64,000 nucleotides of DNA, from NCBI GenBank assembly GCA_964247055.1, contig OZ176053.1:1-64000 (forward strand). The letters are read 5' to 3'. The translations under genes were made by a program, and so were the position numbers. Of this stretch, positions 11,304-26,216 are shown piece after piece. The notes under the pieces are model-generated. The model did no database searches. It was not told the DNA's origin and was given only the letters and a program-made list of their open reading frames with translations. This stretch comes from Paragordius varius. Lineage: Eukaryota > Animalia > Nematomorpha. Within the stretch, counting starts at the first letter, position 1. Each line of letters starts with the position of its first letter.

Positions 11304-13616
11304 CAGTGATACTCAAACAGCGGCCCACGGGCCGCATGCGGCCCTAAGAGTGCCTTAAAATTGCCCTATGACCATATTGATACTTTTTATTAATGAATTT
11401 TTAAAATACACATAATCGGATTTTCGCTTATTTCAATATTAATTTATTTTATTTAGATTTAATTTTGGTAATTTCTTTACCCAATTTGAAATGTAGAAAG
11501 ATTTCCCTACATTAAGATGATTCCAAAATTTTGGCACACGTTGTTTTTGTTTCTGCATTCTATTTTCTTTTCTATTTTAAAATTGTAGCCCTTTTTTGTA
11601 TTAACAAACTTTTCACCCAAACTTTCATATACATCTTTTATCCTGCATCATTTTTTATAACTTATTCCCATAAAATATTAGTCACAACATCATTTAATTT
11701 CGACCTATTTTTTATAGCATAATGCAAATTATATTCCTTTTTTAAAAAAATACCATAATATTTTAACATAAACTCAAAGGATGACATCTAATGCGGAAAG
11801 ACGTAAAATATCCGATGAAAATCACTCTTTTTAAAAAGAGAATGGGGAAAATTCTTTGCGTATTAAATAAAAATGTCACTTGCCTTATATGTAAGGACAA
11901 CATAATTAAAATAAAATATTGAAAAACATTTTACCATCCATCATTCTCACAAATTACCAGAAAATGAGTAAGGAAACCAGAAATATAAAAAAATTAAGGA
12001 AGTATACTATACCAGGAAGAAATATCTATTATATCCATAGCTTTCTCTCAGAAAAAAACTGTAACATTAGCTTCGTATGAAACTTGCTATATTTTAGTAA
12101 AAAATATGAAATCGTTTACTCATTGCCAACTAATAAAAGAATGTCTAATAAATGGTTGCACTTTAAAGATCAAATCATGAGGCAAATTAAAAAACTTCAA
12201 CTCTCTGTAACATGTGCTCGGCGCATCGAATATATGTCTAAATATATTTACAATACATTATTGGCTCTGAACTGAAAATATTTTAGTATTGCTATTGATT
12301 GTAGCACTGATATTAGTTCAGCTCCTCAGTGTGCGCTCATGTGAAATTTTGCAACAACATAAACAATGAGGAATATTTAAAAAAATTCCAATAAATAATA
12401 CGACCAGAGTGATTTTCTCGAAATAATTGGCACTTTTTTCTATAAAAATGATATATCTATAAAAAAATTGGTTTTAAACTACATAGATGGCTGTCACTCT
12501 ATGATTGGAATAAACAAAGGATTTATTTCTCTTTTGAAAAAAATATATTTTGCAAAATATTTTATCCTTTCACTGCTTTATTCATAAGCAAAACTTGGTT
12601 TCGCGTGTAAAAGATGAATACTCAATTCAGTAATTAAAACGGTTGTGGATGCAGTAAACCACAGGGGCAGAGAATTTAACCGCCATAAATTCAAAAACCT
12701 TTTGAAAGATATCCCCAGTGAGTTTGATGATATTCTTTTGTATACCGGTGTAAGATGGTTAAGCCTTAGCTAAATAGATTTGTTAAGACACCCATACAAA
12801 TGAATGATGATGATTATGATAAAATATTATTTATAAATGATAACAGAAAGTTTGATGAGGATATTAAAAGTGACAAACTTAGTATCTTAAATACACTTCG
12901 GGAGCAAAATAAAAACCAAATATAAAATATTTGCTTAAGAAATATTATATAAACAATATTTTATAAATAAAACACTCCTATATTTTCCAACACTTAAAAC
13001 AATTCATTAAGAGAATATACCGCGGAGATTAAGTTAATAATAGACAATCATTTAACATTTTTATCTAATGAGATGAAATTCATATTTCAGGAATAAGAAA
13101 TATTAAAAATTGCTTAAAACTCGTTAAAAATCCATGGCATATGGATATATCCAATATAAACAATTTGAGTATTTCGGTTTTGATTAGGCGCATATCATTG
13201 GAGAATTAGTAGATTTTAAAGATTCTTGGAGGCTATATTCATGGAGAATCGTAGAGAAGAAAGATATGTAGAGTTTTTGCAAGATGTGCCAAATAAATAT
13301 GAAAATATAAAAAAATGTGCCCAAGTTATCCCAACTGTTTTTCCCTTAACTTACACGTTTAAGACGGCATATCAAGAATACATACGGAAATCGCTTAACC
13401 GATATATGGATGTCAAAATATTTTTGTTAAACTAAATGGTGCAAAACAAGTTTTTAGCTGGATATATCAGCAAAAATATTATTGTACTGATATTAAGTAT
13501 AAATATGTGCATAATTGTCAAATAGCTATGGGATATTTGCCATTATAAGGTTCATGGCCCTTGAAAATAAAATATATTTTATGAGGCCCGTCAAATTTTT
13601 TTGGTGAGTACCACTG
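11304..13616 (+). mobile_element. Decayed hAT transposon (Charlie/SPIN/Buster, GTF2IRD2-like transposase remnants)
   Basis: TIRs CAGTGATACTCA / TGAGTACCACTG. Perfect 8-bp TSD ATCTAAAT at 11296-11303 and 13617-13624. Fragmented motifs include IAIDCSTDIS, HCFIH and VRWLS, broken by many stops and frameshifts. Confidence 0.88.
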
Positions 13617-15657
13617 ATCTAAATTATCACTTTGATTATTTTTAAAGATATTCAATGCAATTTATTCATAGATCCTTAATCCCCTTGCTTACTATATTTT
13701 TGGTAATTTAAGTAATGGGATCTTTGTTAGCCCCCACATTTCTTGAAGCCTTAAAAGGTAATCAAATTACCCATAGCTATGTTGGTCTTATTTGCAAATA
13801 ACCTTTATTTTTTTAAAAATATTTCAAAACATTGGACCATCTAATTAAAATATTTTTTTGTGCAAACTATAATACTAACAAATAATGAAACAATTAAAAT
13901 AAAGTACATAAATAAACACTAAGATATTACCAATATATCAAACATATTAAGTACATTTAAAACAAAAAAAACGCAGATGATATGTTAAATTTTGATTAAT
14001 AGTAATCGTTTGAGTTATTTTTGGGTGTTTTAAATGGCTAAAAGGGGTATAAATTTTTATGACTATTGATATGTTAAAATTTTTTTGTTTTTATTGAATT
14101 TTTTTATAATTGTAGATAAAAATATTTAAAGAGACATGTTATTAAAAATAACCAACTAGCTATTTAAAATACCGAAATTTCCCTGTAATAGCTCTTGTTC
14201 TTGGACTATACAGTTTCCAGCTTGTTAAATTTCATAAGTACGACACAATTATTAAAGCCTACATGCAAATCTCCTATTATGTGTAAGAGAATATAGTTTT
14301 TTGCTTAAATTTATACAATAAATATAGAAAGAAAAATAAAAATTATTCTCTCCAGTTTGCGTTATCAAAAAAGGCGCACTCAACCAACCACCAGACCTCA
14401 AGCATAAAGGAGCATTTTAAATCATTTATAAGAAGGTATACCCTCACCAAGAAAGGCTAAAAAATCTTCGAATTCAAAACACAATAATTGTTACACGGTA
14501 TGTAAAATTAAAATTTAATTTGCTTAAAGTTAAAATATATACTTAATGGAACACTTAATCGTTTTTTTCTTTTCCGTCTAAAAAAGGTATCGATATTTTC
14601 TTATTTTGTCAGGATCAGAAAATAGTGGTTTCTTGCTACATTACATGGCATAAAATATTCACCTATATAAAAATGCAGTTTTGTGTATGTTACTATGTAG
14701 AATATATGTTTCAAAACAGTTTAAATTTAACGTTTATAAGGTTTAGCCCAGGACTTCAAGGTCCTTAAGGGCAGAATTTGAAAACTGCATTTAGAAGTAT
14801 TTGTTTCAAAAAATATTGAGATTACACACAAAAAATTAGTTATAAAATTTTTCATTCTACAACTAATATTAATCATAAAAACCAATTTTTTAAGTTCCAA
14901 AATTGTCTATAATTTAATTTTTTTAAAAAACTAGAGTACAACGTATCATAACGGAGGAAAAATACATAGACACTTTTAAAATATATTAAAACACTATTTC
15001 TATAAAACTGAAGATAGGAATCATCGTCCATTTCCAAATTAAAAACTAAACAGTTTTGGTCTCAAAATTAGGTTAAAAAATGTATTTTTTTATATAAGGG
15101 CAGACATTTTTACGATATCGTTATGATTTTAGCATGAAAGTATGCCTATTAATCATACCATTTTTCAGTTAAAAGCAACATTTTTTCAAGCAAACGCGTT
15201 ATTTTATAAGCAAACGCAACAATTTGCTAGGAAAATGCAATATTTTTCAAGCAAACGCAACATTTTTTCAAGTAAGGATAACTTTTACTTTAAAAAGAAA
15301 TTATTTTTGCTTGTAAAAATGTTGTTTTTGACTGAAAAATGGTACTTATGGCTGAAAAATGGTATACTGCCGGTATAATGAAAAGAAAAATTTAGCGTTA
15401 CGAAATATCGCGTTACAAAACACGTATTTATAACTATTTTAAACTCAAAATATAGGTTTACTAGTTGTTAGTGAAGTATAATTATAACTTTGGTCCGGCA
15501 ATATCGATATTTTTAAAATAAAAGTTGATGATGTCTATTTTTAGATTTTGTTCCTAAAAAGGTTAACGACATAATAATAATGGACTTAATATAAATATAA
15601 AAAATATTTTAAATTTTATTTTAATTAACATATAACTACTATATATTTAGAGTTTAC

Positions 15658-18600
15658 CCAATATACAGTATACAAAGCTCTATCATTAATAAAAACGTTG
15701 TATAAAACACATTTAATTAAAATTCGGGTACCAAAATGAAACCGTTCTAAAATCCGCGGTTCCGGAAATGTTAAAATTTTTAAGGAACCAACCCGATTCT
15801 GGTTACATTTTCTCACAATTATTTGTAGACATTTATTTGCCTGTTGTATTAGCAATAAATTCCAAACAAATAGCCGAGAGAAAGCTTTAAGATGAATAAA
15901 TTTTACAATATTTTTTTAAACAAAATAAAATTTATTTTTAAATTTGGCTTATTATGTATAGCTTTAAGATGTGCGATTTTAAATTGCTCTGAGGTATCAA
16001 ATACTCTAAAGAGCAATGAAATGTTTTAAAATAAAACAAGTTGCTATATTTATTGAGCTAAAATAATATCTAACTGTATTTTAGCTGGTGATTTTCTTTG
16101 TGAATTGAATATACGGATTTTGACAGCCTTCTTTTTTACCTGTATATGTTTTTAATATAAAATATTATCAAAAACGTTGGTAAATATATCTATGTACATA
16201 CAGTAAAAATAAAATTATATGGAAACCTAAGGCAAATATTTTTTTCTAAAAAGATAGCTACACTTTTTAAATCTTAAATAATCAAAATTTGATTGTTAAA
16301 ATTTGAAAAGTATTATATAGTTTATTGATAACACAATCAATTATATTGATAACACAATCAATTATATTGATAACACAATCAATTATATTGATAACACAAT
16401 CAATTATATTTATAATTTTATATAAATAATTTATATGGAAAAATTTAGATTTAAAAAAGTATGGTTGTCTTTTAGAAAAAATATTTGTCTTTATATTTTT
16501 TACTGTACGCCACTTGTATTCATACGAAACTTAAAAATTTTACATTTTTTTAAAAAATAACCATTACGCAAAATAAGAAATATTGATGATTGGTAACAAT
16601 AATAAATAATTTAGAAAATATCAGGTTATAAAAAGTATGGTTGCCCCTTTAAAAATATTTTATCGGGCTTTGTCTATCTATGTAATTTGAATTTTACTGT
16701 ACATTTGAATATTTTTTTTTATTTTCTTCGCCCCATACTGGAATATACAGATGAAAATATACTGACAAAACGTAAAAATAAAAGGACAATTCTTTTTTTT
16801 CAACAGACAACCATACTTTTTTTAAACCTTAATTTACCCTATAAAAATCATTTTAAACAATCGCAAAATACTTAATTTTGTTTTTATATTTTTCGGTTTT
16901 GTCCTTATAATTGTAATGTATATTTGTATAATTATTAGTTGATTACTTATTTTATATTTGGCTTCAAATTCTAATTGTATGGAATTTTTGTCCAAAGTTA
17001 TGTTTGTTTCATTTAATCCTGATATGCGGTGAAATCGTATGAGAATTAGCATTTCTTGTCCAATGGCTGAAAATATAGCATCTTTTGGCAAGTTAGTTCC
17101 GCATAACCTTAAATAAGAATACAGATATAACCATGTTTATAAAAAGGCATAGGGATGTTCTAAATATTAAAAAAAAATATTTTATATCCAATTTCTATCT
17201 AACTTATCTGGTGGGAAGCATTCAAAACTCCGAAAAGCCTAGTACGAAAAAATCTGCTAAAACAAGTTTTACCTAGCAAAACGAACTAAAATATTTTAAA
17301 TAAAGAATGATAATATAATAGCAACACTAATTCAAAAATATCAAAATTTTTTAAAAACAGTTGAATGTTAATAATCGGCTATGCGAGTGTTTCAATTTAT
17401 CAGATAAAAAGCTTATATTTACAGTTTTGTGACCTTTAACGTCTAAAATTGGGAGAGCTACAAAACACGATTGAAACGAACAGCTGATATTAATATCATA
17501 AAATATCAGTTTTAGCTGGTTATTGTAGCTTGAAAGCTTTAAGTTAAGTATTTACATTTTCTAAACATAATACACATTTATTTGCCTTTTGCATTAACGA
17601 TTAAAAAAAATTTATAGAAAAAAATGGCGGCAAAAATTTTTTGGATAAGCATTTTTTTACAATTTTACATTTCTTAAAACAATGCGCCTAAAAGCCTAAA
17701 AAACAAATATTTTGGCCTAATACCTAAAATATTTTTTAAGATATTCAAATATCAAATCTGTGGGATATTAAATTACACCAAAAGGTACAGTAGTAAAATT
17801 TAAATTAACGGAAATTTTTTTTATTAAAAGACAATGATTAATTTTGAGTCTTGATTTATTTAAATTAAATACTATTTAAGAATATAGAGTTGTATATATT
17901 TAAAAATAAATAATTTTCATTGGAAAATCTAAGGCTTAAAAAGTATGGCGGTTGTCTTTTGAAAAATATATTTGCCTTTATATTATTAGGTTTTGTTCGT
18001 ATAAACTATTTGATACCTTTCACCAGTTTGAGACAAATCTTGCAAAGTGCGAATCTCAACCCAATTCAAACATCTAACATTATCGGGCGCGCGGCCAGGC
18101 ACATGCAGTTTTGTCACTTCTAATGTGATATCCTCGCATAAACCTGCCTATAATAATATGTCAATTGAATTACACTATATAAGCCTGATTTATGATTAAA
18201 ATATATAAAATTATTTAAGTCACCATCCAATTATAAATTTTTGATTCCTTTATATAATTTATATACATAATTTTATTAATCATATCATTTATGCGTTAGG
18301 TTATCTAACGTTGGTAATAATTTAAAAATACTGGTTATATAAAAGATTTTTACAAATAATTTTCTGTAGAGGTAAATACCGAATCAAAATTTCTAATAAT
18401 TAAATTAGGACCCGTGTTAAATCCTAAACTTGGTCTGATTTCATTTAATATTAGTTACCAAGTTTAGGCATGTCGCTATAGTATTGTCCAAAAATAATTC
18501 AATAATATAGTTACCAATCTTTACACAGTTTAATGTTTGGAAATACATTTATTTATGCGTTACTTTTATAAGGTAGGTGCATTGGAATTCAAATAATCGA

Positions 18601-21600
18601 GTGCCATTTATTTGAACGTATTCTATCAAAGTGACATTTTCATTATTATCACTGATAACGTTTGTGGATGATGAGTTAGTTAGCTCTATTTTATGGTTAA
18701 CATATATATGGTTTTCTGGCGTTTCTTTACTGCTTAAAATCTGAATTTTTCCGCAACCTATAACCAAGAATATTTAGTAAAATTTAATTTTAAGACAAAA
18801 CGTAAAAACGTAAATTATTTTCATAAGGCGCATACTTTTTATCCTTGATTTTCTTCTAGATAAGCTATTTTACTAACATTTTTTTATATAATTGGATGTA
18901 TTACCATTTAACACAACTCCTTTATCTTCAATCCAAAAATAATTCAAGTTTTGAAAATATGCTAGAGCCTTTTAAAAATTTGCACATTTTGTCTGTATAA
19001 TATTAATTATGACATTTTATAATTTTTTTCGTTTTAAACGATATAAAGAATGAAAGAAACTTTGTGGATGAGAATGCGGTGTTAAATGATCACAGTAAGG
19101 GCCGCCGTTAAAGCCATCCGGACACAGGCATTGGGTACAATTATTAGGGTTCGGATATCCGTTTCTATAACATTTGCTTGCACGATAAACATAATCGCAT
19201 GTTTCTATTATTTATATAAAATATATGAATATGGAATCAAAATTGAAAAGGCCTAATTCTAAAGAAATTTAATTGCAAAAACTTGAAAATTGGAGCAATT
19301 AACTATAAATATTGCAAGTTCTTCAGTATCTTTAATTAATTAAAATGGGGTTTATATGTACAGCTACTTTCGACTTTATATGATATACATCTAATCTCTA
19401 TGAGATAAGTAACCAAACTCGTGTCCTTGATCCGTCAAATTAGAAATAATAAAATATAATATTTCAAAAAGGTAAATAATATGCATGACATAATTGATGT
19501 TTTCAATTAAAATTGAATAATTTCGATTCGTTAGCCTTTTCTATTATTACCGATGATGTTACTCACTCTTTGATATATGTGTTAGTACCTGGACAATATT
19601 CTTCATTAATAGCCTTAGCGTCAGAGAATGTTAGATATTCCCTGTTGCCCATACTAGCTTGCAATCGTGGTTTTAACGTTTTCAAAGTCGGTTCCTTATT
19701 TTTGGACAATGCCTAATATATCAAATAAAAATATTATATAACATTATATTATATTTATCTGTCATGCCTTAAAGTTACGGATAGCCTTTAAATGCGACAC
19801 TGTCCAGCGTTTTATTGAGTATTGCCTTGTGGTTTAACCTCATTTATGTATATTTATTTGACAAATATTGCAAAAATAGGAAACCCTAATGTTGAACGAG
19901 AATATTTATGGCAATATGAGTTGTCTCTAATTTCCTAATAGAAGGATATGTCTTAGGCATATTTTTTTCGTAAAAATAGTTAACTCCATTGAACCGGTTG
20001 ATGCGTAGTTACCGTAGCACGTAATTTAATATTCAATGGAAAGAAATTCTGATTAGCATTGTTAACAGAATCAAAGCAAGTTTTATCTATAATTTAATTT
20101 ACTCAATTGTAACATAATTTTTTTTATATAAATGCCAGGTCAAAACCTTGTTTTAATGGACAAACGGAGACTTTTAAAATTTATAATCCGTAACTCATTC
20201 AGTATCAGTTCTTACACATAAACGCGTGTCAGGACAGAACTAATTTTTCAACATAAACTTATTAATATATACTTTTTACAATTCAAATTGACCCTTAAAC
20301 AATTCAAATTTACCCTTGAACAATTCAAATTCACTCTAAAAATAAATTATGTGTTTTCGAGCTAATATAACTCATAATTAATATGAAATATATCTTTATG
20401 ACATAGTTTATTATTTTTCATTATTATTTTAATTTTAAACAACATTTTCTAAAAATTAAAAAAATATGAGTAATTTTAAATCTAATAAACACATAATTTA
20501 TTTTAGGGTGAATTTGAGTGGTTCATGGGTTGATTTGTTCAAGGGTTAATTTAAATTGTTTAAATGGTATATAAATCAATACATGCGGATCATAGTGCAT
20601 TATGGAACTGAGATCGTATGGAATAGTTAGGATTTTGGTATTATTTTTGGCAACTTTAGCAAAATTACGGTAAGCATCATTCTCCAAATTTTTGTATTGA
20701 ACTTCAACATAAAAATCTCGATCTGGTCGACTTTGTTCGTGCCAAAGACCTAAAGCGTGACCAATTTCATGAGCTATTTCACCCACCTACCGTTAGTTTT
20801 ACGATAAAAATTGAAACTATATAAAGCAGGGGTGGCCAACGAGGTGACCGCGGTCACTTTCGTGACCGCGACAACTCAAAAAGTGACCGCCTGAAAATAT
20901 TTTTTTTAAAAAAATTTTATTGATTTTTTTCGGATAGTTGGCTACTTCTGAGCGAATTTAAATTTAAAATACAAAAAAATACGGTTTAAATTAAAAAAAA
21001 ACGTCTAAGAAAAGGGTGTAAAAAAATTATTTTATTAATTATAATTCATATGTTTTGGAGCATTTGCATTAAAACTTAAAATCAGTCATTTCCCTTGAAT
21101 ATATCAAAACTTTGAGCAAAGCTTATTCATAAATCAGAAACATAATCGTGAAGTTAGATTTGATTTGATACACCAAAAGTAGGTTTTTAAAACTTATATT
21201 TTAGAATGAGCCAAAAAAAGTTGTACAGATACAAGAAAGATTGGGAGCATGAATACTTTTCTATTATGATAAATGAAACATGCACCTGTCTAATATGCAA
21301 TAGTACTGTTGCTTTGCCCAAAAAGTCAAATATTGAAAGACATTATAGATCTCTGCATCCACATTACTCCAAAAACTACCCCTTACAAACTCAAGAACGC
21401 AACATTAAAGTAAAGGAATTAAAAGAACAATTATCCGCCTCACAAAATAGCATACCTAAATACAACAAAGACTATAAAAATGCTACGATTGCTTCATTCA
21501 AGGTAGCGGAAATACTCATTCGGAACAATAAGCCATTCCAAGATGGTGAAATATTTAAAGAAGCCTTTATTAGCGCTTGTGATATTTTATTTGAAAATTT

Positions 21601-24600
21601 TGATAACAAAAATAATATTATGACAGCTATTAAAAGCATAAAGCTTATCGAGAAATACCGTTATGCGCGTAGCTGAAGATATTAGTAATTATCTTGATGA
21701 AATTTTACATGAAAATATTAATAACTGTATTTTTTTCCTTGCAACTCGATGAGTCCACCGATTATGTTGGAATCGCCCAATTATGCATTTTTATTCGTAT
21801 GATATTTAGTGATTTATATGCAAAGGAGGAATTATTAACTATAATACCTCTCCACGAACGAACCAGAGGGCAGGATATTTTTAATTCTTTTTATAAATTT
21901 ATCACAGATACGAAACTTCCCATCGTAAAACTCGCATCTATAACTACTGATGGAGCTCCAGCTATGATTGGCGTTAACAACGGCTTTATCGCTTTATGTA
22001 AAAATCACAGTGCATTTCCCAAGTTCATTGATTACCATTGTATAATCCATAATCAAGTTTTATGTTCAAAAGTTTTAAAATACCATCATGTAATGAACCC
22101 CTGTTTTAAAATTGTTAACGCCATTTGAACAAAAAGCTTGTCCCGCCGCCAATTTCGAATTTTGTTAAATGAGTGCGGCGTGGAATATGGAGAACTTTTA
22201 TTACGTACTGATGTAAGGTGGTTGAGTCGTGCCGCATTTTTAATTAGATTTAGGCAACTTTTACCACAAATAGAAATTTTTTTAGAGAATTCTAAATTTT
22301 CATACCCTGAATTGAAAGATCAAGATTGGCTGCTTGATCTTGCATTTTTATGCGATATCACGGAAAAATTGCATAAATTAAACATCCAATTACAAGGAAA
22401 AGATAAAACAATAATGGATATGATGGGTGCTTTAAAATCTTTTAAGGAAACACTAACAGTAGTAGAAACACAATTAAAAAACCGAGATTTAAAACATTTT
22501 TTTAATCTGGCAGCGGTGTCTGAAAAAATAGAGAATCTCTCTTTTGAAAAATATGCAGATGATATTGGTATGCTTATTAATGATTTTGAAAAACGATTTT
22601 CATCTATAAATAAACTTGAAGACATCGCTATTTTTTTATCATGCCCATTTAATAATAATAATAATAATAATGTTGAATATATTGCTCAAAAACTCAGCCA
22701 CTTTCTTGGTGTACCAAATTTAGCAGAGTTGGAAGAGGAATTAATAAATGTTAAATGCGATATCCATCTAAAATCATTAGGATCAGATATATATAAATTT
22801 AAAAGATAAATACCCCCATATTTGGAAAACCGCTGCATTATTCAATTCTTTTTTTGGATCCACATATTTATGTGAATCGGCTTTTTCAATCATGAATGCT
22901 ATCAAAACTAAACAGAGGTCACAATTAACTAATAAACATTTAGAATCATGTTTGAGAATTGCTTTGACTTCATTTGAACCTAATTTAGATAAACTTTCTG
23001 AATTTTTTCGCAGTCGGGCGTTTTAAATATTTTTTTCTTTATTAAATATGGATGTTTATCGAGTTGTATTTTCGCTTAGGAAAAAGCCGATTTACTAAAA
23101 AATATGTGGATAGAATTAAAACTGATACAATTTTAATGTACTCTTATTTATGTTCAAATTATGGTTCTAAATTGGAATGCTATTTTTTGTTTCTTTTATT
23201 TTTTGTATCATAATGTATTCTCCCCTGTAATTTCAAATGCATTGTTTAAATTTTTATATTGTAAAATTTCATATAATAGAAATTTAATAAATAAATATTT
23301 TGAAGTGTTTTATGTTGGTTAAAAAATTAAGGTAGTTAATAACCCGTTGTCTTTTAATTAAAATTATTTTTGTATTTGGTTGATAGATAAAAAAATTACA
23401 ATTTTAAAATGGTTTAAACAAGTCACTCTAATCTGTAAAGCATGTATATACATCATTTAAAGTGTTGATTGAGTTTTTTTGATAAATATTTCTGGGTGAC
23501 CGCGAACTCTTTTTTTAACAAAAAAGCCAAAAAAAAAGCTCGCGACAAAAAAAGTGTGGCCACCCCTGATATAAAGGGACATAAAGTAAAAGCTAAAAGT
23601 CAAATATTTTTTTTCTAAACACAATAGTTTTGTTAACCTTAAATATAAACTATCTAATCAGTGGTTTCCAAAGGGAGAGCGACGCCCCCAAGGCGGCCAT
23701 AGAAAAATCCAAGGGCGCGAAAAATTTAGAGAATTAATTAAATAAAACTAGATTAAAATTTTCAGCTGCTAATTATCACTTTTCACTGATATGGAAAATA
23801 TTTCAAAAAAATGATGTAAGGATGATTGGATATAATATATTTTATATTTTTATCTTGGATTTTGAGAGGGGGAACAAAAAATTTATTTTCGATTTGTTGG
23901 GGCTTGAACAAAATAAGGTTGGGAGCCACTGATCGAATTAATATTTCATTGATTATATTACCAATTCACATCTCTATTTCCTACTATGCAGTTTAAAACA
24001 ATGAGTTATATATGTTAATCAGGAAAGTATGTCTTTTCTCTATGTGTTTGTACAATTACAATATTTAATGTAATAAATACCTTTACCTCATAAAATCTGT
24101 TGAGGTTCATGCTTTATTTGGCCCAGAAACAAATTGATATATTTAAAAAACAAAGGCATAACAACGATGTATATGCTACTTACAGTGAATTTTAATTGTC
24201 GCTTATTTTGCACTATAATTGGACCATTTGCAACAAAATCGTGTATGGAAAGAACAATAAAATGTTGATAATATATTTTTTCTTTCTTACATTATTTTGT
24301 TGTTTTTTCCTTACGCTACTGTGTTGCGAATCGCCCAACTATTGTGTGCAATAAGCAACCATTAAAATGCATATTGTAATAGGAATAAAAAAAATATTGA
24401 ACTTTTTAACCTTGAGACTTCTATTTATATACAACAGTATGAGTTAGTATACATTGCTAGAAAGTTATTAATTATTGTCAAATAGCATCTGCAGCAAAGA
24501 GATGTATTATTGGCTAATTATAGTAGAAAGTGAAAAAATAACTATTAGCCAATAATACTGCCCTTTGTTGTCTATGCTCTTTGGCAATAATTAATAACTT

Positions 24601-25850
24601 TCTAGCAATGTATACTTACTCATACTGTATATGTATTTATATCAAAAGATTGTCTAAAAACACTAACTTTCGCACATTTCGTTGTTATTGAAATGGTTTG
24701 TTCTCCGCCTGTTTTACCAATGTAGGACCAACAACTAACAAGAGTAAAGGTAAATAAAATTTTGCCTTTTCTATATAAAAGAAATAGGTATTATAAATTA
24801 CCCAGCCCCAGAAAAAAATACTAAATGATCTCCTTGGACAGTTTCATTTGAGTTGTCAGGTATGGCTTGGAATCGTACGCAAGTTAAATTTTGCCAAAGA
24901 TACATTGCTGCAATAATTTGATCATTTAGCAACGAATCTATTAAAATAATTTTATGTGCTGATTTAAAATTCATAAGAACTATTATAGAGTTAAAAAAGG
25001 AAGCATGAAACGTTGTTAATATACATAATTACCTAAATTGTATACTTCAAACACTAAATATATGGGAAAATAATTAATCCCACTATACATTTACATTTAA
25101 TCATCTCCATATTTTTGCTTGTTTAACTTTATTCCAATAGATCCCTATGTCTAAATGATTAGCTGTCTGGCTTTTATAAATCAATAGGTACTACTTAAAC
25201 AAAGTCATAACTATTTACATTTCATATTAATCAAAATGAAACAATATTAATTACCAACCTTCCAGGTCTTCCAATTTATATCGGATTGGCATCGTATCTT
25301 TCCATGTTTTATAAACTCTGGATACTTTTTTGGGTAATATTGATTTCAAATTCTGTTCCGTTGTTTGGGGAAAATTGCTTCCGAAATAATATTGGGCTGT
25401 TTGAGGTGTCAAAACAATATCCGTTTCAAATAGGACATTGCTTTTGGTTGAGGGCGTAACTTTTTTGCTAGTACTTTTTTTATATTCAGTAGTGTGATTA
25501 TTATCAAGATATGCCATATATCTTTGAACTAATTCGTATTCTTCCCATGTTCGGCCCTTCAATATCTCGCGATCATCCTTGACACTTATTGGCCTTTGAA
25601 ATTTGGCTTGTATTTGTGAACTTAAATAATTTTCCGGTATTTTTTCGGCATATACAAAACTGAAATTGTTTGAAAACTCAACATTACCAGATATATCATC
25701 GATTGTGTTAAAATTATTGGTTAATTCTGAATCGGAAGCATTTTGATATTGAAAGTAAGATGGTGCTTTGGATACAAACACGAACGCATACTGAGGTCGC
25801 AAAAAAAGACCCAAAAAATAGAGTAGGAAGAAGTATAAATCATGATACAT
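15658..25850 (-). CDS. Astacin-family (M12A) zinc metalloprotease, signal-pro-astacin-EGF-CUB architecture; 3' end not resolved
   Basis: Phase-compatible GT-AG exons: 25850-25259, 24937-24802, 24734-24668, 20786-20583, 19712-19589, 19204-19061, 18757-18564, 18147-18017, 17107-16947, and tentatively 15884-15658. Motifs: signal MYHDLYFFLLYFLG, FETDIVLT, GCWSYIG, HEIGHALGLWHEQSRPDRD, Met-turn SIMHY, EGF CYRNGYPNPNNCTQCLCPDGF, CUB CLNWVEIR...TGERLCG. Confidence 0.9.
16201..16505. mobile_element. Tc1/mariner-type MITE (TA|CAGTAAAAA...TTTTTACTG|TA) with an internal 21-bp x4 minisatellite
   Basis: TA-flanked TIRs; ATTGATAACACAATCAATTAT x4 at 16324-16409. The family core AAAAGTATGGTTGTCTTT recurs near 16630, 17940, 27590-27750, 34220-34390, 37560 and 52775. 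Confidence 0.75.
20827..23568 (+). mobile_element. Near-complete hAT transposon (Charlie/SPIN/Buster group) in astacin intron 3
   Basis: TIRs CAGGGGTGGCCA / TGGCCACCCCTG. Perfect 8-bp TSD ATATAAAG at 20819-20826 and 23569-23576. Repeated subterminal GTGACCGC motifs at both ends. Confidence 0.96.
21206..23000 (+). pseudogene. hAT transposase pseudogene (GTF2IRD2-like)
   Basis: BED-type zinc finger CLIC...RH, LDESTD, TTDGAPAM, HCIIH, RWLSR and C-terminal STYLCES-like/MNAIKTK segments. Disabled by a frameshift near 21680, an in-frame TGA at 22126 and a frameshift near 22800. Confidence 0.92.
23659..23931. mobile_element. hAT-type MITE
   Basis: Ends CAGTGGTTTCCAA / TTGGGAGCCACTG. Flanks ATCTAAT vs ATCGAAT form only an imperfect TSD. 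Confidence 0.55.
24435..24627. mobile_element. Foldback MITE (same family as 3857-4049)
   Basis: CAGTATGAGTTAGTATACATTGCTAGAAAG ... CTTTCTAGCAATGTATACTTACTCATACTG-TA; long TIRs. Confidence 0.8.
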
Positions 25851-26216
25851 TTTATAATTGAAAGAAATTATGCTTATTGTAGAATAATAAAATGGCCTTG
25901 AACACACTATATGAACATTAATAGTTTTTTCAATAATTTTTTAGGTTAAAAAAACATTATTTATCTATAATCGGTTAAAATTTTCATTTTTTAACGCCCA
26001 TTGATAGCACATGTATTTAATTTACAATTTTATATAAGTGAATAATTTGTAAAAATCTATATATCAGTTAAACAAAAAGCTTACCTGAAAAAAAAACTTC
26101 AAAACGATTGATAGGTTTAGGAGTCATGATAATGTTAATATGTTTATTTATATATAATTATAATTTAATCAAATCATGCTGGGAGCTAAAACATTTATAT
26201 CGTCCATTTTTAACAG

